DNA of 63,480 bases, the filler included, from Pelomyxa schiedti (lineage: Eukaryota; Protista; Evosea), in NCBI GenBank assembly GCA_020536535.1. It is 10 parts of 10 records of this genome, joined end to end, with 100 filler letters (N's around TTAATTAATTAA, not from the genome) between each part and the next. Parts side by side here need not be neighbours in the genome. Positions count along the whole stretch, not along the records: positions 32,142 to 56,168 come from JAHLWZ010000718.1; positions 56,269 to 58,350 come from JAHLWZ010002149.1; positions 58,451 to 59,502 come from JAHLWZ010002929.1; 7 more parts are not named here. One strand, written 5' to 3'. Made by a program: the position numbers and the translations under genes. The notes beneath the pieces were generated by a model. The model was given only the letters and a program-made list of their open reading frames with translations, made no database searches and was not told the origin of the DNA. Numbering within the stretch: position 1 is the first letter of the stretch; every line of letters begins with the position of its first letter. Of the stretch, positions 47,335 through 59,602 are shown one piece after another.

Positions 47335-49678
47335 TTAGTCAAAGAGGCCATATCCTCCTAGGTCTACATACTCTAGGTCTGGCGTGTCTGGAGTTGTCGT
47401 TGTCGTTGGTTTTGAGAGTCCTTGGTCCTCCAACCACCAAATCGTTTCTTCACTGTTTGCGGCTGCAAGATATTGTTCAGTTGACATGATATCAGGCCAC
47501 AGCAGCAGGAGTGGTGAATGGGCAACAGTTTCCAGGAAGTGGTCAATGACGGCTTGTTGGGTGATGGCGGGGAACAATGTTAACATCAAACTCCAGCCTG
47601 CAAAATCAGCTCCTACGGGATCAAACCGTCGCAGGTGGAAAACCTTTTTTTTGGGGGGGGTGCTGAGGTTAGTGGCCACCAGGTTTTTTTTTTTTTTGCA
47701 GCAAAGATGAATGAAAACATACGTCATTGGCTGTCACAGAGAACTTGTGGGCAAACCACTGTGCGCAACTGCACTTGTTTCTGGAAATCAATGAAATCAG
47801 AATCTTCCCCTTCTGTTTGGAGCTCATTTCCTTTTCCAAGTTGAAATGTGAAATCAGCCACTTGAGCACTTTGCTGGAGTCGGCGTAATGCGTCAATAGC
47901 CTCAGAACATCGGAGGGGACCAGCCCACCAACTTGAGCTTCAGCAAGGTGCACAATCTTTTTCACTTGAAGGAGGTCACCACCATTTTCAATTGCCTCCT
48001 TTAGAAATTTGGATGAGAACCACTCCCCCAAAGCTGGTCTGAACTTTTCAATCAGAAACAACGCCATGTGCATGGTGGTAGGGTCGTAGCGGGACCCAAG
48101 GGTGATGATGTCGTTCAATGCACCAACAACTTCGCTCTCCGGGGCGTCAACAATTCCGGCATGTTGCCAGGGGAACGCTGTTCCAAGGACGTGGTTGTAC
48201 TCCAAAAGATGGTTCAGGGAAAGAGTTGGCGTTGTTTTGGTGAGATTGAAGAAGCGCTCCTCAAGAAACTGTGCAATTCGCGTGTTGCCTTGTGCGAGTG
48301 ACATGTGGAGAGCATCAAGGATATCCTCAGAGCTTAAAGGGAGCTTTTCACACACCAATTTGACAATGGCCACGTTGTCCTTTCTGTGTCTGCACACATT
48401 CAAATCAAATTCGGTTGGGATTACTCTCTCCAACAACCACTGTGCGAACTGAACATCATCTGCATTCCAAAGGAGACCCCACAATGAGCCTTTGAGACGG
48501 GAAGAGTTCACACCTTCCAGTGCCCACTTGACCACTTCGCAGTTCCTGGAGTCGGTGAAATCCATTTTCTCTGAGGGAAACCGCTTCACCAGCCACTCAC
48601 ACACTTTTATGATCTCGTCTGATGGTCCCTTGCAGTCCACTGCCATCTGCGCCATTGTCCTGGCATCAAATGGCCAGTTTGGAAACGCTTCAATGAGCCT
48701 CGGTATGTCAGAGGCACTGTGAGGAACTCCCCAGGGCCAAAAACGACGCTGCAGGGCCAACCTCTCTGTGGAATTGATTGTGTTTGCCAGCCACACCACC
48801 GTGTCAACCTGGAACCCTTTGACTGCAGCTAGAAATCGTCTCAGCAGAAACCAAGACTCATCAGTCCCGCCGAAGCGGGACAATGCCCACTTGAGCGTGT
48901 CGAGGTGCCCTCGTTTTGCCACAACGTCCAGGAGCTTTAGGAGACCCTTTTCACCCCAGAATTCGCTCTCCAGCCTCCCAACAGTAAAGTCACCACCAGC
49001 GTTGTCATACTTGTGATAACAAGTGGGAAGCGGATAAAACACAAACCGCCTTCCGCCTCCACTGCTCGTTGTCGTTGTGGTGCCCCATGGGGAATCACAG
49101 GTGGCAGCCCTGTCGCGAGGCCACAGCAACGAGCCCCAGGGCGCCCCTTCGTCCACGAACCTCCTGGCCGAGTCCAGGTGCCCCCCGGCGCACAGCCCGG
49201 TAAGCACAGCCAGGCACTCCTTCCCCCACCCCTGCCTCCTCCACTCCCCCTCTCCCTCCCCCTCCTCGCACTCTGGGCTTGTTGCACCGCTGGTGATGGG
49301 GCGGGAGCCGTGGCGGAAGCGGGACAGGAACCAGCGGCAGCACGAGGGTGCCGGGGCTTCCCCGCAACAGCGGAGGAACCATCGGCGGGAGGCCCCGCGG
49401 GCCCGCATGAGGGTTCGGCAGACCAGCCCAGCGAGGGGGAACATCGCCTCGGCCACTCGCAACAGAGCCACTGCGTGCTTGTCTTTCGGCCTCGGGCCGA
49501 GGAGGAAGTACTCCGGTCCCAGCCACTCGAGGTCCCGTGCGACGCTGTTGTTGTTGCTGTTGTGATGTTGAAAGAACATGAGGGTGTGGTGGGATTGTGG
49601 GATGACCCACGGGACCAACACCCACTCCCACACAACTCGCGACACCTCCACCACCCACAAGCGGCCACTCGTCATCAT
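47335..49678 (-). CDS. Orphan family B protein with ankyrin-like helical repeats
   Basis: Likely start MMTSGRLWVVEVSRVVWEWVLVPW at 49678 (the first part of listed ORF 47669-49957 overlaps the GH27 last exon and the intergenic DNA). One intron near 47640-47720. Confidence 0.8.
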
Positions 49679-49880
49679 CACCTCGAAAATTGGTTCCAAC
49701 AAAAAACCGTCGCGTTTGTTTTTGTTAACTGAATTCAGCACGTGGCGGGGTCGACGACGTGGCTTATTTTCCCACGTGGATTCGGGCTCGAATGTGGTGC
49801 CCAACGAGATAATTGGAAAAGAGGAAGAAGGGCACAGTGTGCACTCAAGAGAGTGTTTCTCTGTTCTTTCTTCGATTTTG

Positions 49881-51623
49881 TCAGGAGTACATGGGTGTGA
49901 ATTTGTAAAGGAGGCAGTCCATGGCTGGAACTTCAACAGTAAATGTTCCATAAACAACCCCCAAATCCTGTTGAAGCCACAGGTCCCTCACGTGTGCTGC
50001 TGGGAACACTGAATTTTGATAGTAAATTTAAAAGTGATGAGGGAAACGTAATACAAACTTGCTGGTTGGAAGGAGCTGTGAGTTTCCTCAGTCACATAAA
50101 CATTTACAGTTTCATTGTATTTACCCTTATTTAGTAACGCAACAGCAAATGTGCCATCAGAAAGTACTTTACCCCACAGCTCTGTGGACCCAAGTGATTG
50201 CAACAAAGACCCTTGCACACAATCAGTGTCTTGATTTACGGCAAGAACCTCTGGAGCTGTAAGAAGTGTGAGGGTATCCTCATCCACATTTCGTACATCA
50301 TTCCCCAGAATAAGAGGTGACCCCAGAACTGCATAAATAAACATTTGGGCTCGATATTGCCCTGCAGTTTGGGAACCTTGCCCAATTGTCAACTACATAA
50401 AAGGTTAGTTGTTGGAAATTAAGGGTCCCTAATACCATGTCAGGGAAGTTGTAAGCCCCACAGTGCTGATAATACGAAAGACTGATTTGCATGTGTAAAT
50501 TATCCATGAAGTTCTCCCAGCTGTCATGAATGTCAAACCAACTCTTCCACATATTTGCGTAGTCGGCTGCAGGCCATGCCCATACAAGCTCTGAGTAAAC
50601 ATCAGCAACTTTTATTCTATACTTTGGCCAGACATGATAATGATGAGGATTGAGAATCCGCTGTCCAGTTGAGTCATTCCCATCATCCAAGTCTATGTTT
50701 GGGTCAAAAGGAAAGACACTGGTAACTTTGGAAAACTTACACAAGACAACTGGACGCCCAGTGGCATTAAGGCCATCTCTCATTGCTGCCACTGAATTGG
50801 GGATGCACCCATCATGAACTCCACAATCATAATTGCAGGTATCCTGTTGACAATTGAGTTGAAAGTGGAGGTTAAATGAGAGAAGCGGTGCTCACAAATT
50901 TTACAAAATCCATGCCCCAACCTGCAAAGGTTGCAGCATCTATTGCCTCATACCCAAGTGATCCCCAGTACTGCGCACAGGTCCTAGAGCTTACAGCAGT
51001 ATAAATTCCTATTTTCATGCCCAAGCTGTGCACATAATCAGCCAGTGCCGCCATCCCATATGGGAACTTGTTGGGGTCTGGCTCTATTCTGCCCTGAGAA
51101 TCACGTGGTGCAACTTCTAAACACTGTCCGTCTGGCTTGTGTATGGTGCACTACATTGAGAAAAAGGTAGACAAGTTAGAAGTTGAATAGAAGGAGGAAA
51201 AGTATGTCTCTGTGTGGGAGGTGAAATAGAATCAATACAACCAACATACATTTGACCACCCATCATCGATTAGGACGTAATTGTAGCCAGCCTTGAACAG
51301 ACCGTTGTCGTACATGGCCCGTGCTGTGCCCCTTACAACCTCATCACTGATGTCTACCCCGAAGGTGTTCCATGACGACCATCCTAAACCAACAAGCACA
51401 ATGAAATTGATATATCTCTATTTGAAATGCAGGAAGTATCTAGCAACAACACCAAAACAACAAAAACGAAAAGGTGAGAGCGAGGAGGAGGGGTCCAACA
51501 ACTAACAAAGCAATACACACCCATGGGGGGAGTCGGTGCGGCCCCATTGTCCAGTGCACCCGACGGCCGCGTCAGCACAGCCACCACCACCACCACGACC
51601 AATACCAACGGTGATGCGGACAT
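49881..51623 (-). CDS. Secreted GH27 alpha-galactosidase / alpha-N-acetylgalactosaminidase, multi-exon
   Basis: Signal peptide + LDNGAAPTPPMG/WSSWN, YVLIDDGW, FPYGMAALADYVHSLGMKIGIY, GMDFVKF/DTC (nucleophile Asp), WKSWFDI, YNFPDM, SPLILGNDVR, VNQD, VRDLW; stop TGA at 49883-49881. Confidence 0.95.
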
Positions 51624-52906
51624 GCGACACCCGAACGCAGACCACACCACCCAACAACAAAAATCTTCTTGAAATAAGGCAATGCCACCACAAGCAGGCT
51701 TTTGCCTGCTAGTCAGGCTTTTCAAAATGAGGAAGAACAGGGAAAAAAACAAAAGAAACCACCATTTTTTGAAAAGAGACAGTTTTTTCTGAGTAATAAG
51801 CCAGCCACTTTCAAGAGATTAGGGGGTTGTTTTAGGAATTGTGTGGAGAAACCGAAAAAGCACCCTCAGGAGGAAAGGCAGTCTTACCTGACATTTTCTT
51901 CATAGTGGCACAGGGATGGGCAATCTCATGGCGAGGAACTGTTTCAAGGTGTTCCTTTGTGTCCTTCTTCTTAGCATGCAGTTACCTCTCCAAACATTAA
52001 GAGAAGAGAATGTTTTCTTCCAGGTACCTGGGTGCAACATAGAAAAAATGAGGAGGGTTTGTGGAAGTGTAGATTGTTTCATGTGTCACTAGGAGAAGTT
52101 AAGGAGTGGAAGGGAAAGTGACACACTTGGGATACCAAGCAAGTAGGTTCTGCCACACCACCATCAAACAGCACCACAATTTCATGTTTGCTGAGGGCCC
52201 TCAGATCCTCATGTGATTGTAAATAATTTGTAATTTATGAAGGTGTTACTCAAAAAAACAGATGCCTGTGTGGTAACTGGAGGCACAGTGAGCCTTGCAA
52301 ATCCAGCTGTGCTCCAAAAGTTGTTCTCATCCCACTGTGCAGCAAAAAGTCACTCAGTTAAACCGAAATCACTTGCATACCAAGGAACTTGCAGGATTGG
52401 AACCAGGAAAAACAGCAGCAGGGCGATCAATCAAGTGCTCTTGACGATCTTGGACTGAGATATCTTTACATTGAGACAGAAAAATCTGGTGGGATAACAT
52501 AGGGAATGCCACTGGGAATACCAAGGGGAAAGAGGTCCGTATTACAACAGATTCATGTGCGGCATCTCCACCTGTAGGAACACCTACTGACATCTTGAAC
52601 CCAAAGCAATGTGTTGCCACTTCACATTGCACAAGCAGGGAGAGAAATAATCCTGCCAATCCCAGACCACATCCAACACAAAAAGAGAGTGGCTTTTGCT
52701 GGTAGGCACATCTGCACAACTCAAGAAAAGCAGGAATGGTAAGTTTATGCAGGGGATATTGCTGAATAATTGGTCCTGCAGACCCTGTCCATGTCCAGGA
52801 GGAATCNNNNNNNNNNNNNNNNNNNNNNNNNNNNNNNNNNNNNNNNNNNNNNNNNNNNNNNNNNNNNNNNNNNNNNNNNNNNNNNNNNNNNNNNNNNNNN
52901 NNNNNN

Positions 52907-53027
52907 AGCCCAGCCATGACAAACAGTGCCGCTTCGAGTTGGGTATGCTTGTTCTTCTACTTTCCAACTGCTAACGAAATTGTTCAGGTGAAACATGTGG
53001 ATGGCAACGGCAAGGCATACTGCAGCC
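52907..53027 (+). repeat. Exact 121-bp copy of element-internal 34641-34761 at the start of the post-gap contig
   Basis: Identical sequence, same length as the k-mer overlaps at the other gaps, so it marks an assembly-graph branch point in the repeat. Confidence 0.9.
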
Positions 53028-53362
53028 AGCCCCAGCCCCTTGCTCCTGCATCCTTTCATGTGCTCCTGGGACCCCTGGCTCTGGCTACACATGCTGCCCC
53101 AGCACCCCACCTCCCAGGCTACACCTTACACCCACGCCTAAGGGAACAAAAAAAAAAAAGGAGGAATAAAAAAAGCTAGCACAGATTGGAAGAACCCAAA
53201 CCGGGGCCATTGTGGACCCCACCAATTTGGACCCCGTGGAAAAAGCTCCAAATTGGCCAAAGCGGGGGTTTTTTCCACGTTTGGGACACCACCGTTGTAC
53301 ACAGATTGGGCCCCACTCTGGGCTCCCACCTCCCAAACTGGGGCCAGTTTGACTTCAGGGTG

Positions 53363-54082
53363 AACGAACAGCCTCTTGTTTTTGTCTGCAATGAATTCCT
53401 TGCCACAACGAAGGCCCCACTTTGGGGCCCTGGTAACAGAAAATTCCTTTGCTATAACAAGTGCTCTGGAGTCAAAGCACTTCTGTATGTCAACAATTCT
53501 GACTGTGCAGCAGTACTTCTGGTCAGCCACAATGCACAACTCATCACCATCTGCAATGCACTCAACTGGTTGGCTGTGTGTGAGGACTAGACACGGAGAA
53601 TAACTTACACCCTCTGCACCAATTTCAGGCAGATCCAGTGGATCACCTTCAGGGAAGCTCCGGCACAGTCTCCACACCCTCAATGAACGGGAGCCTGTAA
53701 GAAACACCAGCCACTTGTGGTTATAAGCTGAACCCCAGGCACTGCACCGTTGTCGCCACACAACAGCAGTGTCCCTCTTCCCAGTGAGGTCAACAGCGCT
53801 CAGTAAATGACTGTCATAGCGCAGCATGACAGTTGGGCTCAGGAACCTCACATTGGGGACTGGTGTCTCGTATGACTTGAGTACTTTTGGTGTTCCACCA
53901 GTGACGCCGAGTGTGTGTGACACACTCAAAAGGACATACATTGCGTCGAATGGATAAAACCGGGCACAAGGATCAGGACTCTCCATGTGAATGGCCACAC
54001 AACGCGATGGTTCCAGAACCCACGATTGAATCAACTCACGCAACACACACTGGGGCAGAAGAGAGACTGTCAGCTTGCCCAT
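53363..54082 (-). pseudogene. 5' half of the family A gene interrupted by the TIR element
   Basis: MGKLTVSLLPQCVLRELIQSWVL...LTHSQPVECIADGDELCIVAD...DKNKRLFV; similarity to the neighbouring paralog stops exactly at the TIR. Confidence 0.9.
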
Positions 54083-54600
54083 TGGCCTGGTTCCTTTGCC
54101 TTTTGTCGTTGTCACTTCTCCCACTGCTAAGTAAAAGTTAGAGGGGGAAAAAAAAAGTTTTCCGGGTTTGTAAAAAGGAGTAAAAAGTACATGATAATTG
54201 GGTGTTACGACACAGTAACAGAGCCACGGCTTGGTCTCGAGCCAGAATCCCCCCACAAAATTCTATCATTCAACAATTCTGGATTAACTATGACGCAGTT
54301 GTCGCTCTTACGGTATTGATTGTGACTGGTATTCGTAATTCTGCATTGTTGATTCTGATCGGAATGGAAGGACTTCACACCTCTAACAGTGACGGACATA
54401 AGGTGGATTAGGCATAGTAACGAGACAATCCATCACTGACGAAAACGAGAAAGTGGGAAGTCATGGGATTCTTCCCCAGTTGATTACACCCACTATGGTG
54501 CCACCTATCACTGACGAAAACGGGAAAACGTTCTTCCTTTAGAATTCCTAGTTGATTGGACTTTTGAGTTGTATGTTGACTACTTTGCATACTCTTCTAA

Positions 54601-55727
54601 TCAGGGAAGTGTGAAGGAGTAGAAAAGAAGGGTGAACTTCATCACGTCCAGCACAGTGAATGAAGCAATGTGATCCCCTGAGAGTGATTCACTGCATGTA
54701 ACACTTCTGCCCTCCTTCTTGAAGAAAATACCATTCCCCCATAGATGATCCCCTTTGGAACTTGTTGCCCACTGCCGCACCAATTTGTCTGGAACACACT
54801 GAAGTGTGACAAGGGCTCATGCTGATCATAGTACATAATACCATAGTGAGTGTCACCCACTGGTGACACTGTAGCCGGATGAATGGTAAGCCTTCCAGTG
54901 GCAACATCCTGTATCAGTGTGGTAACACCTGGAGTCCTCACATTAGTGAGGACAACATGCAGCCTTCTGTTTGCATCACTCAGAATGTCTGTGAGACAGA
55001 AATCACAGCCCCATTTCGCCTCCCTCACAACATTGAGCTCCTTGGCGACAGCAAGAGCTCTTGTGTCAAAGCACCTCTGGATGTCCACAATCCAGAGGCA
55101 ACAGCGGCAATCTTTGTCAGCCACAATGCACAACTCATCACCATCTGCAATGCAGTCAACTGGCTGGCTGTGTGTCAACCCAAGACTCAGGCTAAAGGAC
55201 TTCCCTGTCTCCATTCCAGACACATCCAATCTCAGAGGCTCTCCTTGAGGGAAGAAACTATGATCAAGTCTCCACATCTGCAGTGCATGCCCAGAATAAT
55301 CAACAAGCCATTTTCTGTTGCATTTAACAGAATGTCCCAACCCACTATCCAATACAGACTCCCCGCGGCCGAGTCCCACAGCAGTCAGCAAACCCCACTT
55401 ACTCTGCAGCCACACAGCTGGGCTCAGGAACCTCGCAACAGGCTCCTGCTCTCTGAATGACTGCAGCACACGCGGTGTCCCGTCAGTGACACCGAGTGTG
55501 AATGTCACACTCACGAGCACATACATCGTGGCAGGGTCATAGTACTCCGAGTCGCTCTGGTCGGTGCCGTATTTGTTGAGGCTGATGACGAGAACCTCCT
55601 GGCGCGATGTTGCGAGAACCCACGATTTGATGAACTCACGCAGCACACATTGGGGCAAAACAGACATAGGTGCTGTGAGTGACTTGTACAAGTCACCACC
55701 AGTTGCGCCTCCTGTGCTCCCTTTCAA
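54601..55727 (-). pseudogene. Family A tandem paralog with a frameshift near 54785
   Basis: Closely similar to the split gene. After FSVFQT the homologous tail (LVRQW...WGNGIFF...ESLSGDHIASFTVL) lies in a different frame (ORF 54601-54783). Confidence 0.75.
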
Positions 55728-56268
55728 CGTTGCTGCGTTTTTTTTTTTTTTTTTTTTGTGTTGTGTGTGTTGGTATTTGTTTTACAACCGAATTTGTTGG
55801 TTGCTGTACTTTGAGTTGCCTGTCGACACGCCAACAAAGCGATGGCTTGGTCACGCGCTAGAACACATGACAGTGTTTTTATCATTGTTTTTACAAATCG
55901 TTGATGTTGAAGAAACCTTAACTTATTGATGTTGTTGTTCCGTTGACGGTGAGCACAATTGGAATCTTCGACACATCCCCTTGGATGGGGAGATGCCATC
56001 AGCAGAGAACTCAAAGGAGGAACAGAACAGGACAAGCTATTTTTGATGTTGGGACAAATAGTTACAAGATTGAAAGACACCGGGAAAGTGTGAAGTCCTT
56101 CACACCAATAACAGTGAAGGACATAAGGTGGATTCCGCAGAGTGCATCCCAGCACGAGACAATCCCGTNNNNNNNNNNNNNNNNNNNNNNNNNNNNNNNN
56201 NNNNNNNNNNNNTTAATTAATTAANNNNNNNNNNNNNNNNNNNNNNNNNNNNNNNNNNNNNNNNNNNN

Positions 56269-56835
56269 CCTCAGCCCCTCAAACACTCCAACCACATCAG
56301 CACACAAACCACCAATATCCCTTCTGCCATTCATGCGATAAATCACAGGAGGAATCCTAGGCACCAAGCACTGAACCAAATTGCTTGGCTTCCCATCACT
56401 CTCCACCTGCCTGGTGATAACACCGCGGCCAAGTGCAGCCCACTCACAGTTCATGTGACTGTGAGCCACAGCACTCACAAAATCACCACTGTTATTCAAC
56501 AACACAGCACCACCAAGTTCCATTGACACCCCAAAAGTTACTAGGCAGTCATCAAGGTCAGACCACTGGAGTGGCGTCCCATAATTGCCGCCACTGCGGG
56601 AGACAGAGTTCTGTTCCAGAACTGCGAACTCGCAAGCACGTGCAACTGTGGCGCGGACGATTCTGACTGAGGAAAGGCAGAGCCACCAAATGTGCATCAT
56701 GACGTGCTGCCCGCCAGGGCCCCGCGTCAGGGTCGCTCCCACAATGCTGTTTCGGCCGCACCGCGGGTGCGACGATGTGGCGAAGGCGAGGAACTGTGCA
56801 ACTGCAGACAGGCCCTGGACCGCCGATACGCCCAA
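56269..56835 (-). CDS. Family A-type N-terminal region; truncated by the contig end, no in-frame ATG seen
   Basis: SAVAQFLAFATSSHPRCGRNS and VTFGVSMELG motifs. Confidence 0.5.
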
Positions 56836-56921
56836 CTTGGTGCAGTCCCGAGGCAGTTTCGATTTCCATGGGCCTGGGCAGTTTTCTTACTAATGCCTTC
56901 ATCAATGACAAGCAAGCTCCA

Positions 56922-58124
56922 ATGGAGAAAGAGTTGAAAGAGTTGGTGAGAGTTACAAGAGGAGGTCCAAGCTATGTGTTGTGGGCACGTGATCAGTTTC
57001 TGTCACTGAGTCTGGGTTATTTGACGGCAACGGAGTTTGGCACAATGTGGACTGGGCTGTTGATGCCACACCTGTTGATGCCACACCTCGGTGTTGTCAA
57101 CAAACCCAGACAGCTCTTTTTCACGGCTAGTCAGCTGCACAACAGCAACCTTCATGTACACCACCCATGCCCTTCCAATGTGCTCCACCAGTGTTGTGAG
57201 TATCACTTTGTGGGAGGCACTTGTTTTTTGCCGTGGGTCAGTGACGAGTTGTCTGTGATAGAGGCACCCGCGCCTCGCTCTGGTGTACTGTGGAAAATCA
57301 GGCTCTCCCAGGTTTGTCAGCGTTCTGCCAGCAGACAGTTGGAGGCATTAAACAGGCAGTGGGCACTGTGGCTTCATGATTATGGTCACAGTGTGTGCAT
57401 CTTTTCGGCTGGTGTCAAGTGGCTACGAAGGAATCAAAAGTGATATGAAGGACATAGTGTGTACTTCCACAAAGTACACGAACTTGGCCTTGCTCGCGAT
57501 GCTCTGAAGTCTGGCGCACTTTAGCAGGATTGGAGGACTGAGCTGAATCTGGACTATTACCAGAATGAGACAGCGAAGGTAATGCTGATTCCGACGGCAT
57601 TGATGAGGCATTCTGGGTGGATGTAACTGACAGGGAAAATGAGGGGGCAATTTTGGGCAGAAGGGAAACGATGAGAACGATGTTACCTTGCTCCTGTTTG
57701 ACATCCCAGCCACGTTTTCAAGTGGGAAGCTATGTGCAACATACCACTTCTGTGGAAAGGTGGTCTGTTGGGGAAAATCTCTTTTGCTCTGACAAGTACC
57801 ATGGTGCCACAGTAGAATTTGAGCACTGCCATTCACAAAAGGAGTTGTACTCTTACTCTCTGGGCACCCGCAACCCACACAGTTTACTGCGAAAGTGCAA
57901 GTCCCTGCCAAGTGATTCGCTCTGAAAACTCCAACATGTTCCATTGTGCCAGTGGCTGTGTTGCTTTCTATGGGACAGACACACTGGTCATTGTTGATGC
58001 TCTGAGTGGAGCCACACTTGTGAGGCAGCCTCTTCTTCCTTCCCTGGAGAAGGAACCGTCCAGTTTTTCAGCTGTTTGGTACCATGACTTAATTGGGCAA
58101 ACCTCGTTAAAATTTGTTAAATGA
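56922..58124 (+). pseudogene. Family A gene with several frameshifts/stops
   Basis: WARDQFLSL, LNRQWAL and terminal IVDALSGATL are spread over ORFs 56775-57443, 57617-57925 and 57819-58124. Confidence 0.6.
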
Positions 58125-58450
58125 TGATGGAATTTAAGTTGATGGAAAAATTGTTTTTTCTTGAACTGGGGTATCTAGGATCTTTTCAGAGAAAGCCTGA
58201 AATCCAAGCCAGCAGCGAAATCCCAGGGGACAACAGGATACTCAGGAGGAAGTGGTTGTCGCAACAACCAACAACCTGTGACTGCATCACACAGGTCAAT
58301 GTGCCTGGCCTCCCACAGCGCCACAAAGCCACTCTCAAACTTGCACTGGCNNNNNNNNNNNNNNNNNNNNNNNNNNNNNNNNNNNNNNNNNNNNTTAATT
58401 AATTAANNNNNNNNNNNNNNNNNNNNNNNNNNNNNNNNNNNNNNNNNNNN

Positions 58451-58787
58451 CTGGGGGTCTTGGCGCGGCCCTTGTGCGTAAGGATAGTGGTCCATCCTTC
58501 TCTATCGCTGTTGTTGGCACTGGAACTGACGTCAGAGAGGCTGATGTCGCTGCTGTGGCCGACGCCGCGGCCGTCATTTCTGCATCGGGGACCTCGTTGG
58601 GAGCTGGAACTACTCCGAGGTGCTGGAGGCGAGCCAGGATTAGCTCGTTTGCTGGTTTTTCTAGAACATCCCTGTCGTACACCCGACAGAGGGGGGCCTG
58701 CTTTCCCTTTAACTGGAGGACCGTTTCCTCCATCACTAGACGTCTGTGGCGTCTTTGACCGACCCATTCACGCGGACCGGCTTGCAT
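58451..58787 (-). CDS. Hypothetical protein, 5' part
   Basis: ATG at 58787 downstream of an A-rich tract on the minus strand; open to the contig edge. Confidence 0.35.
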
Positions 58788-58929
58788 GACACGTCACCGA
58801 CGATCAAAAGTTTTTTTTTTTTATTTAAATGTATCAAGAGTGGGAGTGAAGTTATTGTTGCCTGGGCGTGGTTCTGAGTTTGTGGAACCGATCTGAGTGG
58901 TCAAAGGAAGGTGCGTACTTTCTCTGTTC

Positions 58930-59502
58930 TCACAACACATGCCAAACACGTAGACCACTGTCATTCCTCATCTTGAAGATGGAAAACCCAGAAACAGCAT
59001 CAACAACTTCAATGTATCTGTTCTTCTTGGCGCACACTGGCTCCCTCACACCAAGCTCATGAGCAAAATGGATTGATCCGCGGCGCTCAACGGCGTGCCT
59101 GTGGCACAGCTTTGTTGGTTCCTCAACACTGAGGACTCCTTTGGGACTTCTGCCAGATGCAAGCACCTTGGTTGCGAAGTATGGCCCACCAATCGGTTTC
59201 AGCACCTCTTTTCCCTTGTGGGACGTGGTGACTTGGCCAGTGGTGATGCAGTGCAGTGTGCCAATCCAGTTTGTTGTGTACACATTCCCACGCCAGCACC
59301 ACATGGTTTCCTCATCAAAATAGAAAGAAGTGGTTTTGCAAATGATGACAACTCTTTGCTGCTCCCAGGTGTCTGCCAAGTCTACTGTTAGCATCACCAG
59401 CTCGTGACTTGGTTGATCCAGCATGACAACCAGAAAATCAGTGCCATCGAAAACAAGTGAGTGCAGTGTGTTGGTCCATGGCAGAGGCATTTGTTGCACT
59501 TT
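58930..59502 (-). CDS. Family A protein, C-terminal part
   Basis: VDLADTWEQQRVV and IEVVDAVSG motifs; 5' end cut by the contig edge. Confidence 0.6.
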   Translation of the reverse strand, partial: KVQQMPLPWTNTLHSLVFDGTDFLVVMLDQPSHELVMLTVDLADTWEQQRVVIICKTTSFYFDEETMWCWRGNVYTTNWIGTLHCITTGQVTTSHKGKEVLKPIGGPYFATKVLASGRSPKGVLSVEEPTKLCHRHAVERRGSIHFAHELGVREPVCAKKNRYIEVVDAVSGFSIFKMRNDSGLRVWHVL

Positions 59503-59602
59503 NNNNNNNNNNNNNNNNNNNNNNNNNNNNNNNNNNNNNNNNNNNNTTAATTAATTAANNNNNNNNNNNNNNNNNNNNNNNNNNNNNNNNNNNNNNNNNN
59601 NN

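Larger units (their letters stand above)
32906..53362. mobile_element. TIR DNA transposon (CAC-terminated, CACTA/EnSpm-CMC-like); as assembled, a composite of about 20.5 kb carrying host genes
   Basis: Left TIR CACCCTGAAGTCAAA (32906-32920) and right TIR TTTGACTTCAGGGTG (53348-53362), extending imperfectly to about 30 bp. AA is duplicated at 32904-32905 and 53363-53364. Both ends carry arrays of subterminal AA(T/C)TGGG-type repeats, and excision restores the host ORF. No intact transposase seen. Confidence 0.85.

Noticed and set aside
49679-49957. N-terminal part of the listed 762-aa ORF
   Set aside because: It overlaps the GH27 last exon in another frame plus intergenic DNA; family similarity starts near 49678.
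10124-51623. Stop-codon reassignment as the reason for fragmented ORFs
   Set aside because: In conserved genes (Hsp70, GH27, Stealth, ZIP) the breaks coincide with GT-AG introns; I saw no in-frame stops at conserved positions.
51700-52806. Possible coding region before the last scaffold gap
   Set aside because: Only short broken frames with no recognisable motif; cannot support a call.
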